Assembly: GCF_054482595.1 (NCBI RefSeq)
Contig: NZ_CM137008.1
DNA length: 64,000 bases
Strand: one strand, 5' to 3'
Position numbers and translations under genes: made by a program. Below are positions 45,388-55,736 of the stretch, in pieces. The first letter of the stretch is position 1; each line of letters begins with the position of its first letter. A model generated the notes under the pieces. The model was not told the origin of the DNA, did not search any database, and saw only the letters and a list, made by a program, of their open reading frames with translations.

Positions 45388-46562
45388 GAAACCCTCCCGA
45401 GCAGAATGCTGGCGTTATTGCCGCCAAAGGCGAAGGAATTGGACAGGATCACCGGACGTGCCAGCGGCTGCGGTTTTTCGATAATGCCGCAGGGTGGCAG
45501 CGTGGGATCGCGTGGCGACAGGCTGAAATCTTGGGCGGGCAGCGGTAAATCACGCTGTAAGATCAACATACTGATTGCTGCTTCGGTAATGCCCGCCGCG
45601 CCCAGCGTGTGGCCGGTCAAATGTTTGGTGGAGCTGCACGGTACGCGTTCGCCAAACAGGGCGTTAACCACCATCGATTCAATCTGGTCGTTGAGTTGCG
45701 TGGCGGTGCCGTGCAGGTTGATATAGCCGACGTCATCTGGCGTAAGCTGCGCATCGGTCAGTGCCTGATTAATGGCGCGGATCGCCCCTTCGCCCTGCGG
45801 ATGCGGGGCCGAAATATGGTAAGCGTCACTCGATTCACCAACGCCCAGCAATGCGATGGGCTGCGGTTCGCGGGTTAATAACATCAGCCCCGCGCCTTCG
45901 CCAATGGTGATACCTGCGCGGTCACGACCGAACGGCTGACATAAAGTTGGCGAGAGCGATTCGAGGCTGTGAAAACCGTTAATCGGCATCCGGCTCAGGG
46001 TGTCTGCGCCACCCACAATGGCGGCATCGACCAGCCCCGTCTCGATAAGCCTGCGCCCGCTGATCATCGCTCTGGCGCTGGAGGAGCAGGCGGTTGAAAG
46101 GGTATAGGCCGGGCCGTCGAGCGCCAGCCAGTGGCTGAGAAAACGCGACGGATCGCCAAGTTCCTGTTGTGCGTAGTGCCATGTGGTGCTCGGCAGCCCG
46201 TGGGTGCGCAGGTTAACGTGCGTGTCGCCTTCATGCAGGCCGGAGGTGCTGGTGCCAAGTACAATCGCGATGCGCTCGCGACCATATTTCGCTATAGCGT
46301 CATCAACCTGCGGCTGGAGCTGCGCCAGCGCCGCCAGCAGGATCTGATTGTTGCGCGAGCGATGCGCAGCGAATTTTTCCGGGATAAGCGGAAGCTCGCC
46401 ATCCACGCCAGCCAGGACCGCCTGCGGATGCCCCTGCAACCAGCCTGCGCGTGGGCGCATTCCGGGGGCGACACCGCGAGCCAGGTTGGCTGCGATTTCG
46501 TCAAGATTATTTCCCAGGGCGTTGATCATGCCGACGGCGGAAATATAAATCATATCAGTCAC
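45384..46562 (-). CDS. apeO: Beta-ketoacyl-ACP synthase (catalytic ketosynthase subunit)
   Basis: 392 aa; Cys in LSTACSSS; His in HGTATQLND and GHTLGAAG. Confidence 0.75.
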   Translation of the reverse strand: MTDMIYISAVGMINALGNNLDEIAANLARGVAPGMRPRAGWLQGHPQAVLAGVDGELPLIPEKFAAHRSRNNQILLAALAQLQPQVDDAIAKYGRERIAIVLGTSTSGLHEGDTHVNLRTHGLPSTTWHYAQQELGDPSRFLSHWLALDGPAYTLSTACSSSARAMISGRRLIETGLVDAAIVGGADTLSRMPINGFHSLESLSPTLCQPFGRDRAGITIGEGAGLMLLTREPQPIALLGVGESSDAYHISAPHPQGEGAIRAINQALTDAQLTPDDVGYINLHGTATQLNDQIESMVVNALFGERVPCSSTKHLTGHTLGAAGITEAAISMLILQRDLPLPAQDFSLSPRDPTLPPCGIIEKPQPLARPVILSNSFAFGGNNASILLGRVS

Positions 46563-47139
46563 CTAAGTATTGAATGGTGATGTGGTATTTAAAGACATGC
46601 TGTTCAATGCTGATTGGCACGCGTTTGCCCTTGCGATTCAGATAGGTGATTTCCGTGACCAGCTTGCCGCTGGCGTTACGCAGCTCGCGTTTGTCACCGT
46701 TGTCGCGAAGTGTCCAGCCAGTGGGAAGTTGCGGTTGCCAGGCGCTAATCGGCCAGTGGCTGAGCATTACGTCAGCCAGCACCTGACTTGCGGGCGGCAA
46801 CTGTGGGACGACGATGGATTGCTCGGCGCGTAGCCCTTGCGCATCGTAGGTCAACAGAAACAGGCGAATGCCGACCGACGACAGCCCGGCAAGGGTGATT
46901 TTCTGGTCGTCGGCGTTAAGCATCACTAACAGCGACTGGGTTTTGCCGTTGAAGCTGCCGGTCAACAGTTGCTGGGAATTGACGGCGGGTGAAATCCCTG
47001 GTGCCGGCAGCGTGATGCGCGTGCCAGGTTGCAGCCACGCCTGCGGGCGGCCTTCCTGTTCCGGTTGCGAGTGGCTACAGCCGGTGAGGATAAGCGTAGC
47101 GGTCAGGGCGAGCGCTCGCCAGAATGTGGGTTTGATCAT
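46555..47139 (-). CDS. apeN: Lipoprotein of the aryl polyene-type cluster
   Basis: 194 aa; signal peptide with lipobox LTGC. Confidence 0.6.
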   Translation of the reverse strand: MIKPTFWRALALTATLILTGCSHSQPEQEGRPQAWLQPGTRITLPAPGISPAVNSQQLLTGSFNGKTQSLLVMLNADDQKITLAGLSSVGIRLFLLTYDAQGLRAEQSIVVPQLPPASQVLADVMLSHWPISAWQPQLPTGWTLRDNGDKRELRNASGKLVTEITYLNRKGKRVPISIEQHVFKYHITIQYLGD

Positions 47140-49454
47140 TTTTTTGTTCTCTTTTTATCGGGCATCGCCAGCGGCGAAAGCAGGAAGGCGGTGAAAATAC
47201 CGCTCACCAGCACAATGCCAAAACTGCTGATGGCCTGGGTGGCGCTGAATACCAGCATTCCCAGCGTCAGCAAGGTGGTGAGCATTGCCAGCGTGATCGC
47301 CAGTAGCGAAGTTAATGGTGTACCGCGCGGATTACTGAAAAACAGCGTGTAGTTGATGCCGATGCCAAGCACCAGCACCAGCGCCAGCAGCGAAAAGAGA
47401 TTCACCGCCTGCCCGCTCATCGCCAGCACCGCCAGACCACAACCCAGCGAAAGCACCGAAGGTACAAGGCTGATAAGCCCTTTGCGCCAGCCGAGACGGG
47501 CCACTGCGCCGCAGGCAATCACCGCCAGCGCCACCAGCAACAAGCCGGTTAAGACATAACGGTAAAGCGCGAACAACTCATCAAAGGTGCTTTTGCGATC
47601 AACCCAGGCAATGCCGCAAGGGTAATATGTGGCGATTTCCTGCATCAACGCGCTACTTTTAACCCCTTCAACCGGCACCAGTACGCCGCTTTCGCCGTTT
47701 TCCAGCGTCAGCCACAGCAGACGCCAGCCTTCACTGGCGGGGCTTGCCAGCCATTCATCAACGTTCACTGGCATGGCGTTGAGATCCGGGTTCACTGCCG
47801 TCAGCCCGGCATTTTGCAGCGCTTTTGTTACTGTCGGGGCCGCCGTTTTCAGCAGTTGTAAATCTTCCTCCTGCCGCGCAAGGGAGTTCAGCGGAATGGT
47901 GCGGTAGTTGCTGATAAGCCCCTCTTTTTTCGCATACTCAAGTGAGGCGGTATATTTCTCCAGTCGCCGCAATGTTTGCTGTGGCGAATCGCCGTAAACC
48001 ACAAACCATTTTTGATCGACGCTTTGTCCGGTCAGGGCGGTAATGGCTTTCTCCTGGGTCAGAATATGCTGCGGCAGCGCCTGTAACTGCGAGATATCGT
48101 CATCGACGCGCAGCATTGACATCCCCGCCAGCGAAAACAGCGCCAGCGCGACGGGCAGACCCAGCGACAGTTTTTTATTGCGCCGCCACGCTGCCAGCCA
48201 GCGCAGCATCAGCGCCATCGCCGGAACCGGACGCACCGGCAGGCCACGGCACAGCCACGGATGCCAGAACAGGACGGTCAGACAGGAGGCGCTCAACCCG
48301 ACGGCGGCAAAAATCGCCATCTGGCGAATGCCGGGGAAGGGGGCGAGCATCATAATCAGATATGCCGCCACGGTGGTGAGCAGCGCCAGCAGCAGGGCAT
48401 TGCGTACTTTCGCCAGGCTTTGCCACGGCGAAACGTCGTTGCCGTGCACCATCCGCTCGGTGAGATAATAGAGCGTGTAGTCAGCGGAAATGCCGATAAC
48501 GCTCATGCTCATCACCAGCGTCATCAGGTGTAATTCACCGAAAATCAATAAAGTGGCGACCGTTCCCGCCAGCGCGCCGATGCCGATGGAAATCACGCAA
48601 AGCAGCAACGGGCGCAAAGAGCGGAACACCGCCACAATCAGCAATATCACCCCCAGCAGCGTTGCCACGCCCAGGGTTGAGATATCCTGCTTCGCCTGTT
48701 GGCTGGCGTAATCGCTGTAAAACACCGTGCCGCGCGAAAGCAGCTGCGCCTGCGGGTAACGCGTTTTCAGATCCTTTTCCAGCGTATTCAGGGTCGTGAT
48801 GAGCTGGTGGGTTTGCTGCATATCAAACGACGATCCCGCCAGTTCACCGTGCAGCAGATACCAGTAGTTGCCCTGGGGATCCTGCGTCACCAGCCAGCCG
48901 TCCATCAGCCGCAAACGCTGGCCGTTTTTCGCCATCGCCAGCTGCGAGCCGCGCATTAACATCAGCGGATCGTTTTGCAGCTCCTTGCCGCTTACCCCGG
49001 AGAACGCAGAATAAAGCTGGGAGAGGATCCACTGCGCCTGCGCTTCGCCGCCGTTTTGCAGGCGCGCGCGGGTGTCGGGGTCAATCAGGCCGTTGCGGTG
49101 CTGCCAGAAAAACGCTCCCCACGCTTGCTGGCTGGCGGCATCCATTGGCCCTTTAACGTCGCCGAGCGCAGCGGATTTTTGCAGCAGCGTCAGCCACTCC
49201 TGAGCGACCCTGGGATTAGCCTCTTTACCGGGGCTGACCAGCCACACCAGTTGGCGGTCCAGACGCTGCATAAAGCCGTCATTCAGCGCTGGGGGAATAT
49301 CGCCCATAGCCTGTTTGGGTAACATAGCCAGCACGCTACTGTTCAGCCGTGATTGCGGCAGCAGGATCAGCAACGCCGCCGCCATGACCAGGCAGACTAG
49401 CCCCCATAACAGCGCGGGGCGTTTACTGGGCGGCAAAACGTTGGCGTTCGTCAT
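47136..49454 (-). CDS. apeM: MMPL/RND-superfamily exporter
   Basis: 772 aa; two transmembrane bundles each followed by a large soluble domain; translationally overlaps its neighbours. Confidence 0.7.
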   Translation of the reverse strand: MTNANVLPPSKRPALLWGLVCLVMAAALLILLPQSRLNSSVLAMLPKQAMGDIPPALNDGFMQRLDRQLVWLVSPGKEANPRVAQEWLTLLQKSAALGDVKGPMDAASQQAWGAFFWQHRNGLIDPDTRARLQNGGEAQAQWILSQLYSAFSGVSGKELQNDPLMLMRGSQLAMAKNGQRLRLMDGWLVTQDPQGNYWYLLHGELAGSSFDMQQTHQLITTLNTLEKDLKTRYPQAQLLSRGTVFYSDYASQQAKQDISTLGVATLLGVILLIVAVFRSLRPLLLCVISIGIGALAGTVATLLIFGELHLMTLVMSMSVIGISADYTLYYLTERMVHGNDVSPWQSLAKVRNALLLALLTTVAAYLIMMLAPFPGIRQMAIFAAVGLSASCLTVLFWHPWLCRGLPVRPVPAMALMLRWLAAWRRNKKLSLGLPVALALFSLAGMSMLRVDDDISQLQALPQHILTQEKAITALTGQSVDQKWFVVYGDSPQQTLRRLEKYTASLEYAKKEGLISNYRTIPLNSLARQEEDLQLLKTAAPTVTKALQNAGLTAVNPDLNAMPVNVDEWLASPASEGWRLLWLTLENGESGVLVPVEGVKSSALMQEIATYYPCGIAWVDRKSTFDELFALYRYVLTGLLLVALAVIACGAVARLGWRKGLISLVPSVLSLGCGLAVLAMSGQAVNLFSLLALVLVLGIGINYTLFFSNPRGTPLTSLLAITLAMLTTLLTLGMLVFSATQAISSFGIVLVSGIFTAFLLSPLAMPDKKRTKK

Positions 49455-50028
49455 CGGTCAGTTGCGCTGGCGTCAGTTGATGTTGGGTAAGAGCAATATC
49501 GGTGCGATCGCCCTGTTTATCATTAAGTTGAATGCTCTCCAGATAGGTTTTCCCGGCGAGATCGATGGTGTTGAAAATTTTATCCAGCGGCGTGGTGGTC
49601 GGCGTCAGGCGCAGCGTCCAGCGGCCTTCGCCTTTGTCAGCAAATTCGACGCGGAAGTTTTGTTCCAGCACTTTGCGATCGGCCTGGAACAGCGCGCGCA
49701 GCAGGTGGTTAAACTGGAACATCTGCGGGTTGTTTTCTGCCGTGATGATTTGCGGCGGCTGACCGTTGATCACCTGCACCATGCGTTTATCATCCAGCAA
49801 TAGCTGCATGGGGAACGGTGAGGTTTGATCCCACAATAACCCCTGGTCGCGGGCGATCAACATCTGACCCTGAGATCGCAGCGGCTGCGGCAGATCTTTA
49901 ATCGTCCGGGTTTGATCAAAATGGGCGCGGATCACCGGTTGTTCGGTAAAGCGTTGCTGAAGATCGTCCAGGGTCAGGGCGCTCACAAACGGGCTAATCA
50001 GCAGCGCCAGCAGCGGTAAAAATTTCAT
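49423..50028 (-). CDS. apeL: LolA-like outer membrane lipoprotein carrier protein
   Basis: 201 aa with signal peptide; LolA-like size and fold inferred from sequence. Confidence 0.65.
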   Translation of the reverse strand: MKFLPLLALLISPFVSALTLDDLQQRFTEQPVIRAHFDQTRTIKDLPQPLRSQGQMLIARDQGLLWDQTSPFPMQLLLDDKRMVQVINGQPPQIITAENNPQMFQFNHLLRALFQADRKVLEQNFRVEFADKGEGRWTLRLTPTTTPLDKIFNTIDLAGKTYLESIQLNDKQGDRTDIALTQHQLTPAQLTDDERQRFAAQ

Positions 50029-50447
50029 GGTTTGACTCCCATGCGTTCAAACAGAATATCGGGGCTGACAAAGCACAGTTCGCGACTTTGCTCGTCGACC
50101 GCGACCTGAATGGTGTATCCGGTGGTGGCGCGTTTGCCCGTTTCGGCATCGAAAATCTGATAGCCAATCCGCAGACGGTTTTCGAACTCTTCGATATGCG
50201 CACGCACGCGGATGCGTTGCTCAAAGGTGAGGGCGTGGCGATATTTCACCCGCGCATCGACCACTGGCCACAAATAACCGGACTCTTTCATCTGCCGATA
50301 GCCGTAATTGAACTGGTTGAGCAGCGCCTCGCGGGCCACTTCAAAGTAGCGAAAATAGTTACCGTGCCAGGCCACGCCCATCATATCGACGTCGTGAAAG
50401 GGAATGGTCAGCTCGACTTCAGCGGTAAATCGGGGATCGTTAAGCAC
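50025..50447 (-). CDS. apeK: Hotdog-fold acyl-ACP/CoA thioesterase (4HBT family)
   Basis: 140 aa; …IPFHDVDMMGVAWHGNYFRYFE… is typical of 4HBT thioesterases. Confidence 0.7.
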   Translation of the reverse strand: MLNDPRFTAEVELTIPFHDVDMMGVAWHGNYFRYFEVAREALLNQFNYGYRQMKESGYLWPVVDARVKYRHALTFEQRIRVRAHIEEFENRLRIGYQIFDAETGKRATTGYTIQVAVDEQSRELCFVSPDILFERMGVKP

Positions 50448-50450
50448 CCT

Positions 50451-52127
50451 TTACTCCTTGTCCTGAATTTCCGGCAGTTGCCAGAAATCGAAAAAATTAA
50501 ACCAGTCGAGGGGCGACTGGAGCGCGTAATGTTCCAGACGCGCGGCGTAGTGGTCGATAGCGTTTTGCAGCGCCTGCTGGCGTTCGCCACGCGGCAGTTG
50601 CAGCGGGTCGGCAAAGCTTTCGCAGTGAATATGCAGCTTGCCGTGCTGGCGTAGGGCGAAAATCAGATTCACTGGGCAGCGCAAAATAGAGGCGAGAATA
50701 AACGGCCCCTGTGGGAAGGGCGCAGGCTGGCCCATAAACGGACTCCAGCAGACGCGCCAGTCGCCGCCGCGTTGCGGGGTGACGGCGATGCGGTCACCGA
50801 CAATCGCCACCCATTCGCCGTTATCCAGCTTCTCTTTCAGCAGGATGGCGGTTTCTGGGCCGATATCTGTTACCGGCATCAGGTTAATGCCTGCCTGAGG
50901 AGCCATCTCCTGCATTATCTGTTTAAAGCGTTGGGCGTTTTCGCTAAACACCAGCGCGTTAATGGTTTTGTAGCCCTGAATTTTTGCCAGCGCCCGGCAC
51001 ACTTCCACATCGCCAAGATGCGAGGCCAGCAGCAATTTGCCGCGCGGATCGCGGACGTCAAGCGCCGCTTCTGCGCCTGGCGCAAACAGCACATCACGCC
51101 CCAGTTGTAGCTCGCCGCGCCAGCTGGCGATTTTGTCGAGCATGGCATTACCGAAACGTAGAAAGTGCTGATAGCTGTTGAGTTTTGCCGCCTGTGGTTG
51201 ATGCTGTCGTACACGGGCGAGCCAGTCTTGCGACGCTTTGCGCGCACGAGAAGCAGTGAGCCAGTAGACGCCCACCACCGGGTAAAGCAGCGCGCTAAAC
51301 GCCGTTCTTCCCAGCAGACGCCAGACCAGCAGCATCAGGCGCATTCCCCATAATCCTTTCACTTCACTCTGCCGCGCCCAGTGGCTGGAAGAGCGGCGCA
51401 TCAGCAGTGAAGGAATACGCGGTAACATGCCGAAAAATAGACGCGTGTGCATGAGCGAGATGCGGACGTTATCTTTCAGGGCATCAAAATGCGAAAGCCC
51501 GTCCAGTGGATAGGTGACGCGGGTCGGCACGAAATAGCTGGTGTTTCCCTGCCAGTAGAGGCGCACCATCACTTCAGTGTCGAAATCCATCCGCTTGCCG
51601 ATGGTGGCGTGTTTTGCCAGTTGCAGCGTTGGCGCAACCGGATAAACGCGAAAGCCGCACATGCTGTCTTTCAGTTGCAGGGAGAGCGTTTCGATCCATA
51701 CCCAGACGTGGGTGACCCAGCGCCCGTAAAGCCGTGAGCGGGGGATGGAGTCATCGTAAATTGGCTGGCCGGAGATCAGCGCCGCAGGGTGTTGTTCAGC
51801 GACTGCCAGCAGTTTGGGGATATCTTCAATCGCATGTTGACCGTCAGCATCCACCTGCACTGCATGGCTGAACCCTGCGTCTGCCGCTGCCTGTAAGCCA
51901 CGCATCACTGCCGCGCCTTTACCTGCGTTTTCTGCTAAGCGAATTAAGGTCACGCCAGGCTGTTCGCTAACCAGATTATCCAGTTGCTGTTGCGTGGCGG
52001 CATCGCTGCCGTCGTCCACCACAATACAGGGGAGATTAAATGGCTTAAGACGCGCCAGCACGCCCGGCATCATCGCGCCGTGGTTATAGCAGGGGATCAA
52101 CACGCAGGGAGAAAAGTTTACCGACAT
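50451..52127 (-). CDS. apeJ: Bifunctional family-2 glycosyltransferase / LpxL-like acyltransferase
   Basis: 558 aa; N-terminal GT2 (CVLIPCYNHG…VVDDGSDA), C-terminal lipid A acyltransferase-like domain. Confidence 0.7.
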   Translation of the reverse strand: MSVNFSPCVLIPCYNHGAMMPGVLARLKPFNLPCIVVDDGSDAATQQQLDNLVSEQPGVTLIRLAENAGKGAAVMRGLQAAADAGFSHAVQVDADGQHAIEDIPKLLAVAEQHPAALISGQPIYDDSIPRSRLYGRWVTHVWVWIETLSLQLKDSMCGFRVYPVAPTLQLAKHATIGKRMDFDTEVMVRLYWQGNTSYFVPTRVTYPLDGLSHFDALKDNVRISLMHTRLFFGMLPRIPSLLMRRSSSHWARQSEVKGLWGMRLMLLVWRLLGRTAFSALLYPVVGVYWLTASRARKASQDWLARVRQHQPQAAKLNSYQHFLRFGNAMLDKIASWRGELQLGRDVLFAPGAEAALDVRDPRGKLLLASHLGDVEVCRALAKIQGYKTINALVFSENAQRFKQIMQEMAPQAGINLMPVTDIGPETAILLKEKLDNGEWVAIVGDRIAVTPQRGGDWRVCWSPFMGQPAPFPQGPFILASILRCPVNLIFALRQHGKLHIHCESFADPLQLPRGERQQALQNAIDHYAARLEHYALQSPLDWFNFFDFWQLPEIQDKE

Positions 52128-52501
52128 AGGCGGATCTTCCCGCTACTGGCGGTGTGGCGGGCGTCACCGTCGTGACGCTGATAGCTAAAGCTCAGAATCT
52201 GGCGTTCTTCCTGCCAGTTAAGCGCGAGCGTGACGCGGTTTTCCGGCAGCAACGGAGACTGGAATTTTATGTTCTGAATGGAGTGAAAACGCCAGCCAGG
52301 CGCGAGCAGATTGAGCGCGTAGCTCATCGCCCAGTCGATTTGCGCAACTCCTGGGAGTAATGGTTGCACGGCAAAATGACCGCGAAACCAGAACAGATCC
52401 GCCCTGAGATGCAGAACAATTTCAAGGTGATTCGTTTGTGCCTGATGGCGCTCGATTTCATGGGGCTTCATGAAATAACTCCTGTAATTGCGCATAGACA
52501 C
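52118..52501 (-). CDS. apeI: Hotdog-fold dehydratase (FabA/FabZ-like)
   Basis: 127 aa hotdog-fold protein; second dehydratase-like gene in the cluster. Confidence 0.6.
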   Translation of the reverse strand: MSMRNYRSYFMKPHEIERHQAQTNHLEIVLHLRADLFWFRGHFAVQPLLPGVAQIDWAMSYALNLLAPGWRFHSIQNIKFQSPLLPENRVTLALNWQEERQILSFSYQRHDGDARHTASSGKIRLCR

Positions 52502-53858
52502 GCTTGTTCATACTGTTTACTGGCATTTCATCAATAACGCGCCAGTAACGCGGAATAGCAACTGGCTCCAGCGTCGGGCGCAGTAAACGCCGCCAGGTCA
52601 TTTCCTGGCTATGCCCGCCGCCGTTCTGCCATTGCAGATGAGCTTCGTCATCCAGCACCAGCAAAACGCCTATGCTCTGACGCCCGCCGCGCGTAACGGG
52701 AACTGCCGCCGCCTCGCGAATGCCGTCCAGCGCCAGTAGACGTTGTTCTACTTCCTGGAGTGAAATACGTTTTTCTTCAATCTTAACGATGCGCCCACGA
52801 CGCCCCATCAGATGGAACTGACCATCTTCGCTAAGCTGTAAGATATCGTCGAGTAACAGGCCGTTATCTTCCGCTATCAGCGGTGAAAAGAGGCGAAAGG
52901 CATCGCCTTCGGCTTGGAACTGCATACCTGGGAGGGGTAGCCAGCGGCGTTGCTCTTGTTCGCGGTAACGCCAGGCGATGACGCCGGTTTCCGTGCTGCC
53001 GTAGATTTCATCAGGCCAGACGCGCAGCCAGCTTGCGGTGTGTTGTACATCCTGCCACGGCAGCTCACCGCCAGCAGAGAGAAGCACCTGAACGGGTGGC
53101 GGAGAAAGCTGGGTATCCAGGCGCTTCAAAAATGCCGGGCTGCTGATGAAGATATAGCGATGCTGATGACTCAACGCGGCAAACTGTTCGACATACCAGA
53201 GCATGGCGGCGTGCAGCGGTAATCCCAACGCCATGGGCAGGAAAACACGAAAAGTCAGGCCGTACAAATGCTGCGGCAATACGGAACCGACGACACGACA
53301 ACCCGCCAGACGTGCGCCTAATCGTTCAGCCAGCAGTTCTGCTTCACGATCCAGCAAATGAACAGGTTTAATCACCCGTTTCGGCTGTCCCGTGGAACCG
53401 GAGGTAAACAGCTCGATAAAAGCCTCTGGCGCTATAGCGGCAAAGGTGAAGGATTGTGTCGCGACTTGTGGGGAACTTGCTACCAACAGCCATGAACCTT
53501 GCCAGTTAAGTTCGCTGTCGCTAAGCACACCATCGAACAGTTCACGTTGCTCGTTAAGCTGGATGACACGGTTATGCCCCGGAAGCACCGGTGTTTTTCC
53601 GGCGTGTAGCGTGGCGAGCAGGGCAACGATAAACAGATAGCTGTTCTCAAAGCACAGCGCCCAGCGTTCACCCGGCTGTTGCTGCAAGCGGCAGATAAGT
53701 TGCGCGACATCGTGACGCAAATCGCCCAGCGTCCAGGTGCTTTCGTCCAGCCACGCAATGGGCGTGTCATCAGGGCGTGGCGCAGTCAGCCAGCGTGCAA
53801 GCGGTAAGGTCTGCTTCATGCGCGATCTCTTTTCATCACCTGACGGCGCACCAGCCAT
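52458..53858 (-). CDS. apeH: AMP-dependent synthetase/ligase (adenylating enzyme; putative aryl starter activation)
   Basis: 466 aa; AMP-binding motif FTSGSTGQPK; ORF-track start overlaps neighbours by ~43 nt, so the true start may be downstream. Confidence 0.7.
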   Translation of the reverse strand: MAGAPSGDEKRSRMKQTLPLARWLTAPRPDDTPIAWLDESTWTLGDLRHDVAQLICRLQQQPGERWALCFENSYLFIVALLATLHAGKTPVLPGHNRVIQLNEQRELFDGVLSDSELNWQGSWLLVASSPQVATQSFTFAAIAPEAFIELFTSGSTGQPKRVIKPVHLLDREAELLAERLGARLAGCRVVGSVLPQHLYGLTFRVFLPMALGLPLHAAMLWYVEQFAALSHQHRYIFISSPAFLKRLDTQLSPPPVQVLLSAGGELPWQDVQHTASWLRVWPDEIYGSTETGVIAWRYREQEQRRWLPLPGMQFQAEGDAFRLFSPLIAEDNGLLLDDILQLSEDGQFHLMGRRGRIVKIEEKRISLQEVEQRLLALDGIREAAAVPVTRGGRQSIGVLLVLDDEAHLQWQNGGGHSQEMTWRRLLRPTLEPVAIPRYWRVIDEMPVNSMNKRVYAQLQELFHEAP

Positions 53859-54397
53859 TCACCAGCCATTAATGTTCCCATCAACAAATAAGCAATCATG
53901 CCGTTCCAGGCGGTCCATAACGACATATCGGCATAAAGCGCGGTAAAGAGGGCAATTCCACCGTTAATGATGAAAAAGCCGCACCAGATTTGCGTGACGT
54001 GGCGGGTATAGCGCACGCCCTTTTCCGGGAGGTCTGGCTCCTGCAACCGCGCCAGCCGCTCAACTATCGGCATTGCCGACCACAGCGAACCGCCAAAAAC
54101 CGCCAGCATGACCGCGTTAACCACTACCGGGTAAAACAGCAGTAGCTGGTGCGTTTTCAACATAAAGCTGGCGACACATAATGCGATGCCCACGACAGCG
54201 ACGAGTTGCGTGACGGCTTGTAAAGGCCCCGCCTGGCGACGGGTCTGGCGCAGACGCAACAAAAGCAGCAACGCCATTAGCGGTAACAGCCAGTGCAGGC
54301 CGTTATGCGCTAAGCCAAACCAAATCACAAACGGCCAGGCGAGCAGCAATAATCCAGTCAGCAGCTTAATCATCGGTAGCGAGCGAATGCCCGACAT
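53816..54397 (-). CDS. apeG: Integral membrane protein of the aryl polyene-type cluster
   Basis: 193 aa with several transmembrane segments. Confidence 0.55.
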   Translation of the reverse strand: MSGIRSLPMIKLLTGLLLLAWPFVIWFGLAHNGLHWLLPLMALLLLLRLRQTRRQAGPLQAVTQLVAVVGIALCVASFMLKTHQLLLFYPVVVNAVMLAVFGGSLWSAMPIVERLARLQEPDLPEKGVRYTRHVTQIWCGFFIINGGIALFTALYADMSLWTAWNGMIAYLLMGTLMAGEWLVRRQVMKRDRA

Positions 54398-54401
54398 CAG
54401 A

Positions 54402-54653
54402 TCAGGCTTCTTGTAGCAGGCGTTCTACAGCCTCGACGACATCCTGGACTGTACGCACGGCTTTAAACTCTTCCGGCTTGATTTTCTTACCGGTTTTCTT
54501 TTGCAGGTGCACAATCATGTCAACGGCGTCGATGCTGTCCAGTTCCAGATCTTCGTACAGGCGCGCTTCAGGTTTGATGTCCTGCGGATCGATTTCAAAC
54601 AGCTTAACCAGCAGGGCTGAGACTTCCTGATAGACGGTTTGTTGTTCTGTCAT
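54402..54653 (-). CDS. apeF: Acyl carrier protein
   Basis: 83 aa; phosphopantetheine attachment motif LELDSIDAVD. Confidence 0.8.
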   Translation of the reverse strand: MTEQQTVYQEVSALLVKLFEIDPQDIKPEARLYEDLELDSIDAVDMIVHLQKKTGKKIKPEEFKAVRTVQDVVEAVERLLQEA

Positions 54654-54664
54654 GATGGCTTTCC

Positions 54665-54922
54665 TCAGGCACGTTGCGCAGCAATGAAAGAGGCCAGAGT
54701 GGCGACGGAGAAAAAGTGCTGACGCATCTCTTCGCTTTCCGCAGAGAGCACGATGCCGTACTCATTTTTTACTGCCAGTCCCAGTTCCAGGGCATCGATA
54801 GAGTCCAGCCCTAAACCGTCGCCAAACAGCGGCGCGTCGGTATCGATATCATCAGGCGTCAACTCGTCCAGATTGAGGGTGCTGATGATGAGGTTTTTAA
54901 TTTCCAGATAAAGCGCTTGCAT
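54665..54922 (-). CDS. apeE: Acyl carrier protein
   Basis: 85 aa; motif LGLDSIDALE. Confidence 0.8.
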   Translation of the reverse strand: MQALYLEIKNLIISTLNLDELTPDDIDTDAPLFGDGLGLDSIDALELGLAVKNEYGIVLSAESEEMRQHFFSVATLASFIAAQRA

Positions 54923-55736
54923 TATTTATTCCTGAGAGAGGTAAACAACCTTGTTGTAATTGAAGCAAAAGATGCCGGTTTAACTGCCTTGCTGCCAGCG
55001 CCGGTTCTTGTGAAGTTGCATCGTAAAATTTATTGATTTCAACCCGACCATGGACTGCAACCGTAAAAAACGGCCGGTCAGGTGGAACGTCATACCATTT
55101 ACTTTGTTTATCCAGCAGATGCTCGCTACAGCCGATCGTCACGATGCGTAAATCGCTGGCACAGCGCACGGCAATATTCGCCGCCCCGCGCTGCAGCGTC
55201 ATTTTTTCACCGGGCTTCGTTCGCGTGCCTTCGGGGAAAATCAGGATAGTGTCACCCTGTGCCAGTCGCTGTTGGCAGCGGGGTAACAGGGTTTCAGCTT
55301 CGCTGTTGATTAAATAATCTGCCGCCCGCACGACGCCGCCAAGAAAAGGATTTTTTAACAGCGCGCTTTTCACCAGGCAGTCAGTTTCTGGCATGACTGA
55401 CGCCAGCAGCACGTAATCGATCAGCGTGGGATGATTGGCTACGACGAGGCAACCGCGTTCCTGACGTAAAATTTCAGCGCCATCAATACGATAATCCAGC
55501 ACGCCAAGCCCTTTCGCGACAGTTAAAAACAGGCGAAAACTGGCGGCAATGCTGCGACGCGCCAAACGACGGCGGCGGGAAGTATCCCACACCAAAACTA
55601 ACAATATGTTAAACCACACGACAGAAAGCAGCAGGCCGCCGAGACCAAACAGGGCAAAACATAACCCGGTCATGACCAGTCGCCAGGTCCACTCCAGACG
55701 TGACAGCAGCTTACTCATCCACGGCTCCAGCGCCAC
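54897..55736 (-). CDS. apeD: Lysophospholipid acyltransferase (PlsC/LPLAT family)
   Basis: 279 aa; H(X4)D motif in VVANHPTLIDYVLL and FPEGTRT motif. Confidence 0.7.
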   Translation of the reverse strand: MALEPWMSKLLSRLEWTWRLVMTGLCFALFGLGGLLLSVVWFNILLVLVWDTSRRRRLARRSIAASFRLFLTVAKGLGVLDYRIDGAEILRQERGCLVVANHPTLIDYVLLASVMPETDCLVKSALLKNPFLGGVVRAADYLINSEAETLLPRCQQRLAQGDTILIFPEGTRTKPGEKMTLQRGAANIAVRCASDLRIVTIGCSEHLLDKQSKWYDVPPDRPFFTVAVHGRVEINKFYDATSQEPALAARQLNRHLLLQLQQGCLPLSGINNASALSGN

